This document shows positions 52,358 to 61,841 of a stretch of 64,000 nt of DNA, piece after piece (positions within the stretch are counted from its first letter, which is position 1; every line of letters begins with the position of its first letter). The position numbers and the translations under genes are program-made. Source of the DNA: an uncultured Omnitrophica bacterium (GTDB lineage: Bacteria; Omnitrophota; Gorgyraeia; JACQQV01); the NCBI GenBank assembly GCA_947085655.1, contig CAMTXH010000011.1, positions 1,515 to 65,514 of the forward strand. The letters run 5' to 3'. The notes below the pieces were generated by a model that was not told the origin of the DNA, did not search any database, and saw nothing but the letters and a program-made list of their open reading frames with translations.

Positions 52358-55300
52358 ATGAGTCTCGCCTCTTTTTCCGTCCGGCGACCCGTGACGGTTT
52401 TCATGTTCTATCTGGGCCTTATTCTTCTGGGGACCATTTCCTGGTTCAAACTCCCCCAGGAGCTTTTCCCGCCGATTACCTATCCGCAGCTTTCCGTCAT
52501 CAGCCGCTATGAGAATGCCGCTCCGGAAGAAATAGAAAGTCTCATCACCAAAATCATTGAGGAAGCCGTTGGAACGGCTCAAAATTCCCGCCGGGTAACC
52601 TCTACCTCCCGCGAAGGTCTTTCCATTGTCACGGTCGAGTTCAACTGGGGGACCAACATGGACGTGGCGAGTCTCAATGTTCGGGAGAAGATAGACCTCG
52701 TCAAGGAACGGCTGCCGCGGGATGCGAAGGAGCCGGTGGTCGTTAAATACAACCCCTTTGAACTCCCAGTCATGATTTTGAGCGTCTCGGGGGAAGTTCC
52801 TGCCAATGAACTTTTGGAAATCTCCCGGCGGGTGATCAAGGACGAAATCGAAAAGCTGGAAGGAGTAGCATCGGCCAACATCTCGGGTGGGCTCGACCGG
52901 GAAATCGCGGTGGATGTGAATGCGGCGCGTCTTGAGGCGGCCGGCGTCCCCTTGAATGATGTTGTCCAGGCGGTCGCCAATGCAAACCTGAACTTTCCGG
53001 CCGGGACGATCAAGGAGAGTTTCTACGAATTTCTGATCCGGACGATCGGGGAATTCGAACGGATTCACGAAATCGACGATATCGTTGTCAAGGTCACGGA
53101 GCCGGAGCGGCTGAAACAGCAAGAAGAGGCCTTCCGGAAGGCGGTCGGGGAGCCCCCCCTTCATCCGGAGGATCTCGGCCGTCCGGTCCGGATCAAGGAC
53201 ATCGCCGTTGTGCGGGATACGCTCAAAGAGCGGACGAGTTACTCCCGGTATAACGGCGAAGAAAACGTCTCCATCTCCATCCAGAAACAGGCGCAGGCCA
53301 ACACCCTTTCGGTTGCGAAGAGCATCAAAAAGGTGACCCTTTCTTTGAAGCCGATCCTCGAGCGGCGGGGGATCACGATGAACGTCGTCTACGACAAATC
53401 CCAGTTTATCCGGGATGCGATTGACGGACTCCGGGACGACTCTATCCAGGGAGGGTTTTTGGCGTTTCTGATTCTGTTTCTTTTCCTGGGGGATATCTGG
53501 AGCGCTCTCATCGTCGCCACCCTTATCCCGATTTGCATCTGGACGACTTTTTCCCTGATGTATTTCGGGAATCTCACCATCAATCTCATGTCCCTCGGGG
53601 GACTTGCCCTCGGCGTCGGCATGATGGTGGATACCGGTATCGTCGTCATTGACAATATCTTTCAATACCGTCAACAGGGAAAACTCGCTCACGAAGCCGC
53701 TTTTCGGGGGACGGAGGAGGTGGGGAGCGCCATTGCCGGTTCGGTGCTGACAACGGTGGCCGTTTTTCTGCCGCTGGTGTATGTGACCGGGATTGCAGGA
53801 CAGCTCTTCCGGGAACTGGCCCTGACCGTGACTTTTTCTTTGATGGCCTCTTTGGTCGTGGCCCTTTCCCTGATGCCTGCCTTGGCGAGGTATGCGGGCG
53901 GCAGGCCAGAGGGTAGACGGACACGCCCCACCCTTTTTGCAACCATACAACAATGGTTCCCTGCCTTCGTGACGAAAGTCGAGACATGGTACCAGGATGT
54001 GCTTCGGGGCATTCTTGAGCGCAGAAGGACGTTCATGCTGCTCACGCTTTTTATGTTTTTCGTAAGTCTCATCATCCTCGGCACGCGGGACCGGGAGTTT
54101 CTCCCGAAGGTCGACCAGGGACAGTTCATCATGAAGATGGACTTAAAATCCGGCGCCCGGCTGGACATCACAAACCGGGTCGCCGGAGAGGTTGAAGGAC
54201 TTCTCTTCACCCTTCCGGAATTGGACAACGTCACCGTCAACGTCGGTTCAAGCCGCGAATCTTCCCAGGGGGAAGAGATTGAGACGCTCGGTTCCCATCA
54301 GGCCCAGTTTGTCGTGAATCTTAAAGAGGAGCGGGAACGCACCACAACGGAGGTGGTTCAGTTTTTGAAGACGGTGATCGATCGGATGGAACTGGAGGGG
54401 GCGGAGGTGGAATACGTGGTTCAAGGAACCGTCTTTGCCTCCGCCATTGAACAGGGAGAGCCGATTGTCATCGAGGTCAAAGGACATGACCTTCACACCC
54501 TGGAACGGCTGGCAACGGAATTACATGCGTCTTTGTCCCATATCACAGGCACGTTTGGGGTCAAGACGAGCCAGAGCGAACCCTCTCCGGAGACCAAGGT
54601 TCACGTGCTGAAGGACCGCGCGGCTCTTCATAATCTTTCTGTCACCTCCATCGCCCAAACCGCCCAGATCGCTGTGAAAGGGGTCGTGGCGACCAAATTC
54701 AAAGAGGGAGGGCGTGAAATCGATGTGCGGGTCCGGCTTCGGCCGGAGGACCGGAAAAATTTCGAAAAACTCCGGAGAATCCCGCTTCAAACTCCTTTGA
54801 AACAGATTGTCCCGATCTCCGAGGTGGCTTATTTCGCGAAGGGGCTTGGCCCCAGCGAAATCAAGCGGTTGAACCAGTCCCGGGTGATTCTGGTCCTGTC
54901 CAATTTTGCCGGGCGGGGATTCAGTGCCATCGCGAAGGATATTCAGACGGCCATCGACCGTCTGAAGATGCCTGCCGGCTTCACCGTCCGACTGACTGGG
55001 GAGAAGGAACGGGTCAGCGAGTCTTTCCAGAGTCTCCGGTTCGCCTTGATTCTTTCCCTGGCTCTCGTCTATATGATCATGGCGGCAGAGTTTGAGTCGC
55101 TCTGGAAGCCGTTTGTCATTTTCCTCACGGTTCCGATGTCGCTCATCGGCGTGGCGATCGGACTTTTCGCGATGGGCCTTTCGGTGAATGCGCTGGTGTT
55201 GCTCGGCGTCATCCTTCTCGGCGGGATCGTGGTGGATAACGGAATCGTGTTGATTGAAGCGGTTAATCTGCTGCAGAAGGAGGGTCTTCCTCTGGAAGAG

Positions 55301-55852
55301 GCCCTTTTGGAGGGAGGGAAGCGGCGCCTGCGCCCCGTCTTGATGACGAGTCTCACCACGATCGTCGGCCTTGTGCCTCTTGCCTTCGGGGGCGGCAGGG
55401 GATCGGAACTCCGGAGTCCCATGGCCCTCACCGTCATGTCGGGATTGACCGTATCGACTTTTCTGACACTGGGAGTCCTTCCGGCTATCTTTGTCAGCGG
55501 CGAACATGTCTTTGAACGTCTCCGGGAGGTATCTGTCCGCTTTCCGGTGTTCGGCTTCCTCCGGAAAGAAGAACCCGCTGTCCTGGCGCCAGCAACCGTA
55601 CCGGCGATGGGTGAGGTTGTTACCCCGCCGGAAATTCCCTCCGCACAACCGTCGTTTCTGACGCGGCGGCAGGGGGAAGCGCTCGACTATATCCGTCAAA
55701 CCGGGCGGATCAGCCGGAAGGCGTATGCGGAGCATTTCCAGATTTCAATCCCGACGGCGGCCCGTGATCTGAAGGAACTGGTTCAGAAGGGTTACCTCAA
55801 AGGGATCGGTCCCCTGGGTCCCGGCCGCTGGTACGTCCCGACAGGGAAATAA
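52358..55852 (+). CDS. RND (AcrB-like) efflux permease with C-terminal fused winged-helix (DeoR/Fic-type) DNA-binding domain
   Basis: 1164 aa, 12-TM RND architecture. C-terminal tail 'LTRRQGEALDYIRQTGRISRKAYAEHFQISIPTAARDLKELVQKGYLKGIGPLGPGRWYVP'. Confidence 0.85.
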   Translation: MSLASFSVRRPVTVFMFYLGLILLGTISWFKLPQELFPPITYPQLSVISRYENAAPEEIESLITKIIEEAVGTAQNSRRVTSTSREGLSIVTVEFNWGTNMDVASLNVREKIDLVKERLPRDAKEPVVVKYNPFELPVMILSVSGEVPANELLEISRRVIKDEIEKLEGVASANISGGLDREIAVDVNAARLEAAGVPLNDVVQAVANANLNFPAGTIKESFYEFLIRTIGEFERIHEIDDIVVKVTEPERLKQQEEAFRKAVGEPPLHPEDLGRPVRIKDIAVVRDTLKERTSYSRYNGEENVSISIQKQAQANTLSVAKSIKKVTLSLKPILERRGITMNVVYDKSQFIRDAIDGLRDDSIQGGFLAFLILFLFLGDIWSALIVATLIPICIWTTFSLMYFGNLTINLMSLGGLALGVGMMVDTGIVVIDNIFQYRQQGKLAHEAAFRGTEEVGSAIAGSVLTTVAVFLPLVYVTGIAGQLFRELALTVTFSLMASLVVALSLMPALARYAGGRPEGRRTRPTLFATIQQWFPAFVTKVETWYQDVLRGILERRRTFMLLTLFMFFVSLIILGTRDREFLPKVDQGQFIMKMDLKSGARLDITNRVAGEVEGLLFTLPELDNVTVNVGSSRESSQGEEIETLGSHQAQFVVNLKEERERTTTEVVQFLKTVIDRMELEGAEVEYVVQGTVFASAIEQGEPIVIEVKGHDLHTLERLATELHASLSHITGTFGVKTSQSEPSPETKVHVLKDRAALHNLSVTSIAQTAQIAVKGVVATKFKEGGREIDVRVRLRPEDRKNFEKLRRIPLQTPLKQIVPISEVAYFAKGLGPSEIKRLNQSRVILVLSNFAGRGFSAIAKDIQTAIDRLKMPAGFTVRLTGEKERVSESFQSLRFALILSLALVYMIMAAEFESLWKPFVIFLTVPMSLIGVAIGLFAMGLSVNALVLLGVILLGGIVVDNGIVLIEAVNLLQKEGLPLEEALLEGGKRRLRPVLMTSLTTIVGLVPLAFGGGRGSELRSPMALTVMSGLTVSTFLTLGVLPAIFVSGEHVFERLREVSVRFPVFGFLRKEEPAVLAPATVPAMGEVVTPPEIPSAQPSFLTRRQGEALDYIRQTGRISRKAYAEHFQISIPTAARDLKELVQKGYLKGIGPLGPGRWYVPTGK

Positions 55853-58800
55853 TGGACCTTTCCGAATTCTCCATCCGCCGTCCAGTCACCATCTTCATGT
55901 GCGTCATCGGCGCCTTGGTTCTCGGTGCCATCGCCCTCCAACGTCTCCCGGTTGAACTCCTTCCGAATATCAGTTTCGAGGACATCACCATTTTTACCGA
56001 GGTCCGAGGAGGGATTCCTCCCGGCGAAGTCGAGAGTCAGGTGACCCGCCCGATCGAAGAGGCGATGGCTTCTGTGACCAATCTGGAAAATCTTCTGGCT
56101 ATCTCCAAGGAAGGGGAATCGCGTATCGTGATGAGTTTCGAGCCGGGGACCGACATGGATTATGCGGTGCTGGAGGTGCGGGAGCAGTTTGAGAAGGTGA
56201 AAGACAAACTCCCCTCCGAAGTCGAGAAACCGGTGATTGCCAAATACGATCAGGCGGATGTGCCGATTATTACACTCGCCATCTCAAGCCCCAACAAAAC
56301 CACCGAGGAGGTCCGGAAAATTGTCGATGAAAAAATCAAAGAGCGCTTCCAGCGGCTTCCCGGCATCGCCAATGTGGAGGTGGTCGGTGGGAGGGAGCGG
56401 AAGATCCTGGTGGAACTCGACCAGAAGCGGCTCCAGGCCTACGGCATTCCGATTCAGCAGGTTGTTTATATCCTCGGAGCGAACAACCTGAATCTCCTTT
56501 CCGGGGAACTGGAGGGGAGAAAAGAGAAATTCCTGGTCCGGACGATGGGGGAATACCGGTCGATCGAGGATATTCAGAATATCGGCGTGACCGCAACACC
56601 GCAGGGGGTCATTATCCGTCTTGAGGATATCGCCCGAATCGAGGATTCCTATCTGGAGCCGGAAGGGTATGCCCGGATTGATGCCAAGCCGGTGGTTGCG
56701 CTTTACATCCAGCGGGAGACGACAGCCAACATCATCAGCGTTTCCCTGGCGGTGCAGGAGGAGCTGAAGAAGATCCGAAAGACGTTGGGGGAAGAGGTGA
56801 TCCTTTTCCCGGTGAAAAACGAGGCGGAATTCATCCAGAAAATGATCGACGTCGTGATGAACTCCCTTGTGAGCGGCGCGATGCTTGCGGTTTTGGTGCT
56901 CATCATCTTTTTACGAAGCGAGCGCCCCGTTTTCATCATTTCCCTGACGATTCCGATCTCGGTCATTACCACTTTCTTCCTGATGATGCTCCCCGGCCTC
57001 ACGCTGAACATGATGACCCTCTTCGGCCTTGCCCTCGGGATCGGGATGCTGGTGGATAACACCATCGTGGTACTGGACAATGTGGAGGTCTATCGGCAGC
57101 GCGGGGTGGCTCTCCGGGAGGCGGCCGAAAAGGGGGCGGGGGAGATGGCCATCGCCATCATCGCCTCCACCATTACCACCGTGGTTGTTTTTCTCCCGGT
57201 GATTTTTGCAAACGAAGAAATCAAACTCCTCTATCAGGGGGTCGGATACACGATCGCCTTCAGTCTGATTGTGTCCCTGATTGTGGCATTGACGCTTGTC
57301 CCCCTCTTGATTGCCCGGCTCGGCTTTTCCCGGAACCCCGCCATTATGGTGGCGCTTCTCGTCGCCTCGTGCGGACTGATTGTGTATTTGACGCGTCCTT
57401 TTTCAGTTCTCTGGGTGTATCTCGCCACCTTTCTCTTTGTCACCGCCATCACGTTTTCGTATGAGGACCGTTATCGAAAGTGGATCCCCTTTTTTTTTAA
57501 ACGGTTCCAGACACTCATCCTTTTTCTCCTCGGCTGTTCGTTTGCCTTCTTTGTTTTATTTCTTTTGATTTCCGCCCGATTTTTTGACCAGGGGGATGTC
57601 GGGTTTGTGTATGACCGCGCCCAGGAATTTTTTTTCCGGTACCGTCCGCTCACCGTCACCCTCCTTTTCTCCATTGCGATGATCGGGGTTCTCTTTTACC
57701 GGCCGTTAAGCCGGCTTGCAGTCCGGAGGCGGTATCTTTGTGTGTTGTTGTCATTGGCTCTTTTTGCGTTAAGTCTTTTCATCGCCATTTTCAAGATTGA
57801 TAAGGAATTCCTCCAGACCACCGAGGAAAACGATTTCACGATTTTTATCGAACTTCCGACCGGCGCCAAACTCGATATCTCCGATAAAATTGTTGCAAAG
57901 GTTGAGGAGATTCTCAAAGCGATGAAAGAAGTGAAGACCTTTCAGTCCCGCGTGGAGAAATGGTCCTCCAAGATCTACGTGACTTTGGTTCCGATGGACG
58001 AGCGCGATAAAACCAACGCTGAAATCATCGAACAACTCCGTCCCCAGGTGGAGGATATCGAACCGGCCTTCATTTATTTTGAGGAGCCGTGGCAGGTCGG
58101 CACCCAGGAGGTCATCGTCGATATCTACGGACACGATTACGAAATCTTGGAGGACCTGGCGAAAACCATCTTTACCCACCTCGATTCCATTCCGGGCCTG
58201 ACGGATGCCAAGATCCGGCACCGGGAGGGGCGACCCGAGATCCGTGTGGTGGTGGACAAGCAGCGGGCTTCCTTTTTTGAACTCGACGTGGCGGAAGTGG
58301 CGGAGGTGGTCCATGCGCAGATGCGGGGACTCGTGGCAACCCGCTATCACACCGAGGCGAAGGAGGTGGAGACGATTGCGCGGCTCGATGAGAAATACCG
58401 GAAGAATTTGAACGACTTGAGACGGCTGACCCTGACCACCCCGAAGGGGGAGCCGGTCTTCCTTGAACAGATTGCCTCCTTCATCTTCGACCTGGGGCCG
58501 AGCGAGATCTGGCGGAAAAACAAGGCCCGGATGATCCAGGTCAGCGCCAACAAGGGGGAAGTCTCTTTGAGCAGGGCGATTGCCCTGATCCGGGAGCGGA
58601 TGGATGAAGTGGAATTCCCAAAGGATTACCATTACCGGTTCGGCGGGAATTATGACCGGATGGTTGATAACCAGACCCAGATGATCATCGGGCTCTGTTT
58701 GAGTCTGGTGCTGGTTTATCTGGTCCTCGCCTCCCTTTTCGAATCGTTTTTGCAGCCGTTTCTGATCATGATGTCGGTTCCGCAGGTGGCGACCGGCGTG

Positions 58801-59202
58801 GTGGCCGCACTGATTCTCACGAAGACTCCTATCAGCATCGGAGTCTATATCGCCGCCTGGCTTTTGGGCGGGATTGTGGTGAATAATGCGATTATCCTCA
58901 TCGATTCGCTGAACCGGTACCGGGAAAAGAACATAGGGGTTCTCCGGTCGGTTTTTCGGGTGGCGGAAGCGCGCCTCCGTCCTATTCTCATGACCACCGT
59001 AACGACCCTGATGGGACTTTTGCCTCTCAGCCTCTACCGCGGGGAGGGGGCGACGCTCCTTTCTCCAACGGCGGTGGTCCTTTTCGGGGGGCTTTCGACT
59101 TCCGCAGTCTTCACCCTCTTCATCGTTCCCTGCATGTATGTGATTTTTGAAGACATCCGGAAATTTTCACTGAGGCTGCGTCACCCCCCTGACTTGCGGT
59201 AA
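55852..59202 (+). CDS. RND (AcrB-like) efflux permease, second paralog
   Basis: 1116 aa, 12-TM RND layout. ATG overlaps the stop of the preceding pump. Confidence 0.85.
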   Translation: MDLSEFSIRRPVTIFMCVIGALVLGAIALQRLPVELLPNISFEDITIFTEVRGGIPPGEVESQVTRPIEEAMASVTNLENLLAISKEGESRIVMSFEPGTDMDYAVLEVREQFEKVKDKLPSEVEKPVIAKYDQADVPIITLAISSPNKTTEEVRKIVDEKIKERFQRLPGIANVEVVGGRERKILVELDQKRLQAYGIPIQQVVYILGANNLNLLSGELEGRKEKFLVRTMGEYRSIEDIQNIGVTATPQGVIIRLEDIARIEDSYLEPEGYARIDAKPVVALYIQRETTANIISVSLAVQEELKKIRKTLGEEVILFPVKNEAEFIQKMIDVVMNSLVSGAMLAVLVLIIFLRSERPVFIISLTIPISVITTFFLMMLPGLTLNMMTLFGLALGIGMLVDNTIVVLDNVEVYRQRGVALREAAEKGAGEMAIAIIASTITTVVVFLPVIFANEEIKLLYQGVGYTIAFSLIVSLIVALTLVPLLIARLGFSRNPAIMVALLVASCGLIVYLTRPFSVLWVYLATFLFVTAITFSYEDRYRKWIPFFFKRFQTLILFLLGCSFAFFVLFLLISARFFDQGDVGFVYDRAQEFFFRYRPLTVTLLFSIAMIGVLFYRPLSRLAVRRRYLCVLLSLALFALSLFIAIFKIDKEFLQTTEENDFTIFIELPTGAKLDISDKIVAKVEEILKAMKEVKTFQSRVEKWSSKIYVTLVPMDERDKTNAEIIEQLRPQVEDIEPAFIYFEEPWQVGTQEVIVDIYGHDYEILEDLAKTIFTHLDSIPGLTDAKIRHREGRPEIRVVVDKQRASFFELDVAEVAEVVHAQMRGLVATRYHTEAKEVETIARLDEKYRKNLNDLRRLTLTTPKGEPVFLEQIASFIFDLGPSEIWRKNKARMIQVSANKGEVSLSRAIALIRERMDEVEFPKDYHYRFGGNYDRMVDNQTQMIIGLCLSLVLVYLVLASLFESFLQPFLIMMSVPQVATGVVAALILTKTPISIGVYIAAWLLGGIVVNNAIILIDSLNRYREKNIGVLRSVFRVAEARLRPILMTTVTTLMGLLPLSLYRGEGATLLSPTAVVLFGGLSTSAVFTLFIVPCMYVIFEDIRKFSLRLRHPPDLR

Positions 59203-59218
59203 CTTCCCGTCAGGGCAG

Positions 59219-60523
59219 GTGTTTCATAACGAGTTGCGGGATCGTTTGGTTTTTGATAAGATAAAGAATGAGGTGGCAATATTGAAGATCCGTCCTGAAA
59301 CGCGGTGGATCCTCATCACTCTTCTCGTCTTCGGCTCCGCGAGTTTGTTCAGTTCCCTCTGGGTATTCCGAGAACGGGCAAGGGCACACCGCGCCTTCGT
59401 CGAACGGGAAGATTCCCTCCTCAGAACCGTCGCCTCCCTCAAAGAAGAACTCTCCGAAGCGAAAGCCAAAGGACTCGAACTGGAGGCCAAACTTGTAGAA
59501 CTCCGGGAGACCCTTGACCGGAGGGTCCGCGAAGTGGAATCTCTCGAGGCCAAATATCAACTTGTTGTCAGGGACAAAGAAACCTTGAAGGCGGAGACGA
59601 TGAAGCACCGGGATGAGAAGTTGGCGCTGGAGGAGAAGGTCCGGCAGCTCTATGCCAGTCCTTTTTTGGTAAAGTTGATTTCCGAAAAAAAAGGTTTTGA
59701 GGCGGATGTGGAGGGGCTGAAACGGACGGTTGAAGAAAGCCGCGATGAGTTGGTCCGGATCACGGAAGAACGGAATGCCCTGGAATCAAGGATCGAAGAG
59801 ATTCAAGCGGCCAAGGTGCAGCTTGAGGATCGGCTGCAAAAGGAGCAGGGAAAGATTACGACGATGACGGAGGCGCTGGACAAAGAGAGGGCGGGGCGCC
59901 TCTCGGTGGCGGAGAGTCTGAGCGAAAACTTTTCACGGGTCAAACGGGAAAAGGAAGCGCTTCAGTCAGAACTTTCCCGCGTGACGCAGGAGAAGATTGA
60001 ACTGGAGCAGGAGATGGACCAGGTCCGCGACCGGGTGCAGGAGATTAACCAGAAACGGGACGAACTGGCCACCCAGGTGAAGGAGATTAACCAGGTTCTT
60101 GAGACCCGGCTTCGGGAGATCAACCAGATCCGGGAGACGTACGAAAAAACGATTGACGAGACGCGCCAGATTGTCCGGGTGGAACGGGATGTGGTGGAAC
60201 TCCCCCCCATTGTCGTCAAAGGAAGCTCTCCGCCCCCGGAAAGCACACCGGAGACGTCGACTCTGGCAGTTTCAAAAGAACCGGTGATCGGTGAGGCGAA
60301 AAATGGGAAGATCGTCGTCGTGAACCGGCAGCATAACTTTGTTGTGATTGACCTTGGGCGGGATAGCGGCATAGAGGAGGGAATGCGCTTTCATGTTTTT
60401 CGGGACGGGCAGGAACTTGGTCTTCTGAAGGTGACGGAAGTCCGCCAGAAGATTTCCGCCTGTGATGTGGTCAAACAGATCCCTCCGCACCAACTGGCCG
60501 AAGGCGACCTCGTCATTTATTAG
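59219..60523 (+). CDS. membrane-anchored coiled-coil protein with a C-terminal domain homologous to the TolC-like protein's C-terminus
   Basis: GTG start. N-terminal TM 'WILITLLVFGSASLFSSLWVF'. About 270 aa of heptad-rich coiled coil. Pro-rich linker. C-terminal module 'NFVVIDLGRDSGIEEGMRFHVFRDGQELGLLKVTEVRQKISACDVV'. Confidence 0.65.
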   Translation: MFHNELRDRLVFDKIKNEVAILKIRPETRWILITLLVFGSASLFSSLWVFRERARAHRAFVEREDSLLRTVASLKEELSEAKAKGLELEAKLVELRETLDRRVREVESLEAKYQLVVRDKETLKAETMKHRDEKLALEEKVRQLYASPFLVKLISEKKGFEADVEGLKRTVEESRDELVRITEERNALESRIEEIQAAKVQLEDRLQKEQGKITTMTEALDKERAGRLSVAESLSENFSRVKREKEALQSELSRVTQEKIELEQEMDQVRDRVQEINQKRDELATQVKEINQVLETRLREINQIRETYEKTIDETRQIVRVERDVVELPPIVVKGSSPPPESTPETSTLAVSKEPVIGEAKNGKIVVVNRQHNFVVIDLGRDSGIEEGMRFHVFRDGQELGLLKVTEVRQKISACDVVKQIPPHQLAEGDLVIY

Positions 60524-60621
60524 GGACGTTTCTAGTTCTGGCCCTAATCTGGCCCCAATGTGTCCCCTGTCTTCGTTTTTAAACAAAAGGGACAGGTCGG
60601 GGCCAAGTGTAGAAACGTCCC
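60523..60621. repeat. GGGACGTTT-family MITE-like element (copy C, cleanest)
   Basis: 99 bp. Perfect 13-bp TIR GGGACGTTTCTAG / CTAGAAACGTCCC. Flanked by a TA direct duplication (60521-22 and 60622-23). Internal long inverted repeat. Confidence 0.7.
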
Positions 60622-60667
60622 TAAATGTTGGGGAAATTGTTGACCTGGAGATAGAGGAGCGTTGACA

Positions 60668-61825
60668 ATGCGGCGGGTCGTGGTGACCGGCATAGGGGTG
60701 GTGGCCCCAAATGGGGTCGGGTTAAAGCAGTTTTCCGAAGCCCTCCGTTCCGGGCGCTCCGCCATCCGTTCCCTTTCCCGATTTTCCCATCCTGATTTCT
60801 CCCGATTTTTGGCTGCTGAAATCCCCCCCGGCATCTTTTCCCTGAACGGCCTTGACCGCTCCATCGTCTATGGATTAAAAGCGGTGGAGGAGGCCCTTCA
60901 GGAAAGCGCTTTTCCAGTCTCCTCCCTCCCGCCGGAAGAAGTAGGAGTGGTCTTCTCATCCAGCAAGGGAGGGATGTCGTGCGTGGAGAAAGCGCTCTCA
61001 CCGACTTTAATGGAACAATTTCCGACTTCGAGTGTTTCTTCGGAAATCCTCAGGCACTATCCGTTTCGGGGACCTGCCTTGAATTGGGTTGCGGCCTGCG
61101 CCACCGGAACGCATGCGCTCATCCGCGCCTTTCAGTTGATTCAAGACGGATACGCTTCTTTTGTGATTGCCGGCTCAAGCGATGCCTCCATTACCCCACT
61201 CCTTCTATCCGGCTACGCCCAGATGGGGGCCTTAAGCCACGAAGGGATGTTTCCGTTTGACCGGCGCAGGAGCGGTTTTGTCGTCGGAGAAGGGGCGGCC
61301 GCGTTTGTTCTTGAGGAAAGAAAAGGGGCACTCAAGCGGGGTGCACCGATTTACGGAGAGATGGCCGGTTATGCCATGGGTCAGGACCCATCCCATCCGC
61401 TCCGGTTTAACGAAAAGGACGATACATTGGCTCGTGTGTTACGGAACGCCCTTGAGCGGTCGGGTGTTGCGCCGGAGAAAATTGACTACGTGAATGCGCA
61501 CGGAACGGCGACTGTGGCAGGCGACCGTTATGAGACAAAGCAACTGAAACAGGCTTTCGGAAATGTGGTCTATCAGATTCCAATCAGTTCCACCAAATCG
61601 ATGACTGGACATCTCCTCGGTGCAGCCGGGTCGGTGGAACTTGCCGCAACGTTTTTGGCAATGGAACAGAATTTTATTCCACCAACCATTGGTCTTTCCG
61701 AAAAGGATCCGGCGTGTGATTTGGATTATGTACCGAATGAGGCAAGGCAAAAGCCGGTCCGAACGGCTCTTTCGGTTTCGATGGGATTCGGCGGACATAT
61801 TGGCGTCATTGTTGTGAAAAAATAG
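60668..61825 (+). CDS. beta-ketoacyl-ACP synthase I/II-like (KAS, Cys-His-His)
   Basis: 'AACATGTHAL' (Cys), 'VNAHGTATVAGD' (His) and 'SSTKSMTGHLLGAAG' (His). GAGGAG SD 10 nt upstream. The ORF-track start at 60662 is TTG. Confidence 0.85.
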   Translation: MRRVVVTGIGVVAPNGVGLKQFSEALRSGRSAIRSLSRFSHPDFSRFLAAEIPPGIFSLNGLDRSIVYGLKAVEEALQESAFPVSSLPPEEVGVVFSSSKGGMSCVEKALSPTLMEQFPTSSVSSEILRHYPFRGPALNWVAACATGTHALIRAFQLIQDGYASFVIAGSSDASITPLLLSGYAQMGALSHEGMFPFDRRRSGFVVGEGAAAFVLEERKGALKRGAPIYGEMAGYAMGQDPSHPLRFNEKDDTLARVLRNALERSGVAPEKIDYVNAHGTATVAGDRYETKQLKQAFGNVVYQIPISSTKSMTGHLLGAAGSVELAATFLAMEQNFIPPTIGLSEKDPACDLDYVPNEARQKPVRTALSVSMGFGGHIGVIVVKK

Positions 61826-61841
61826 AAAAAAAGGAGGAAAA

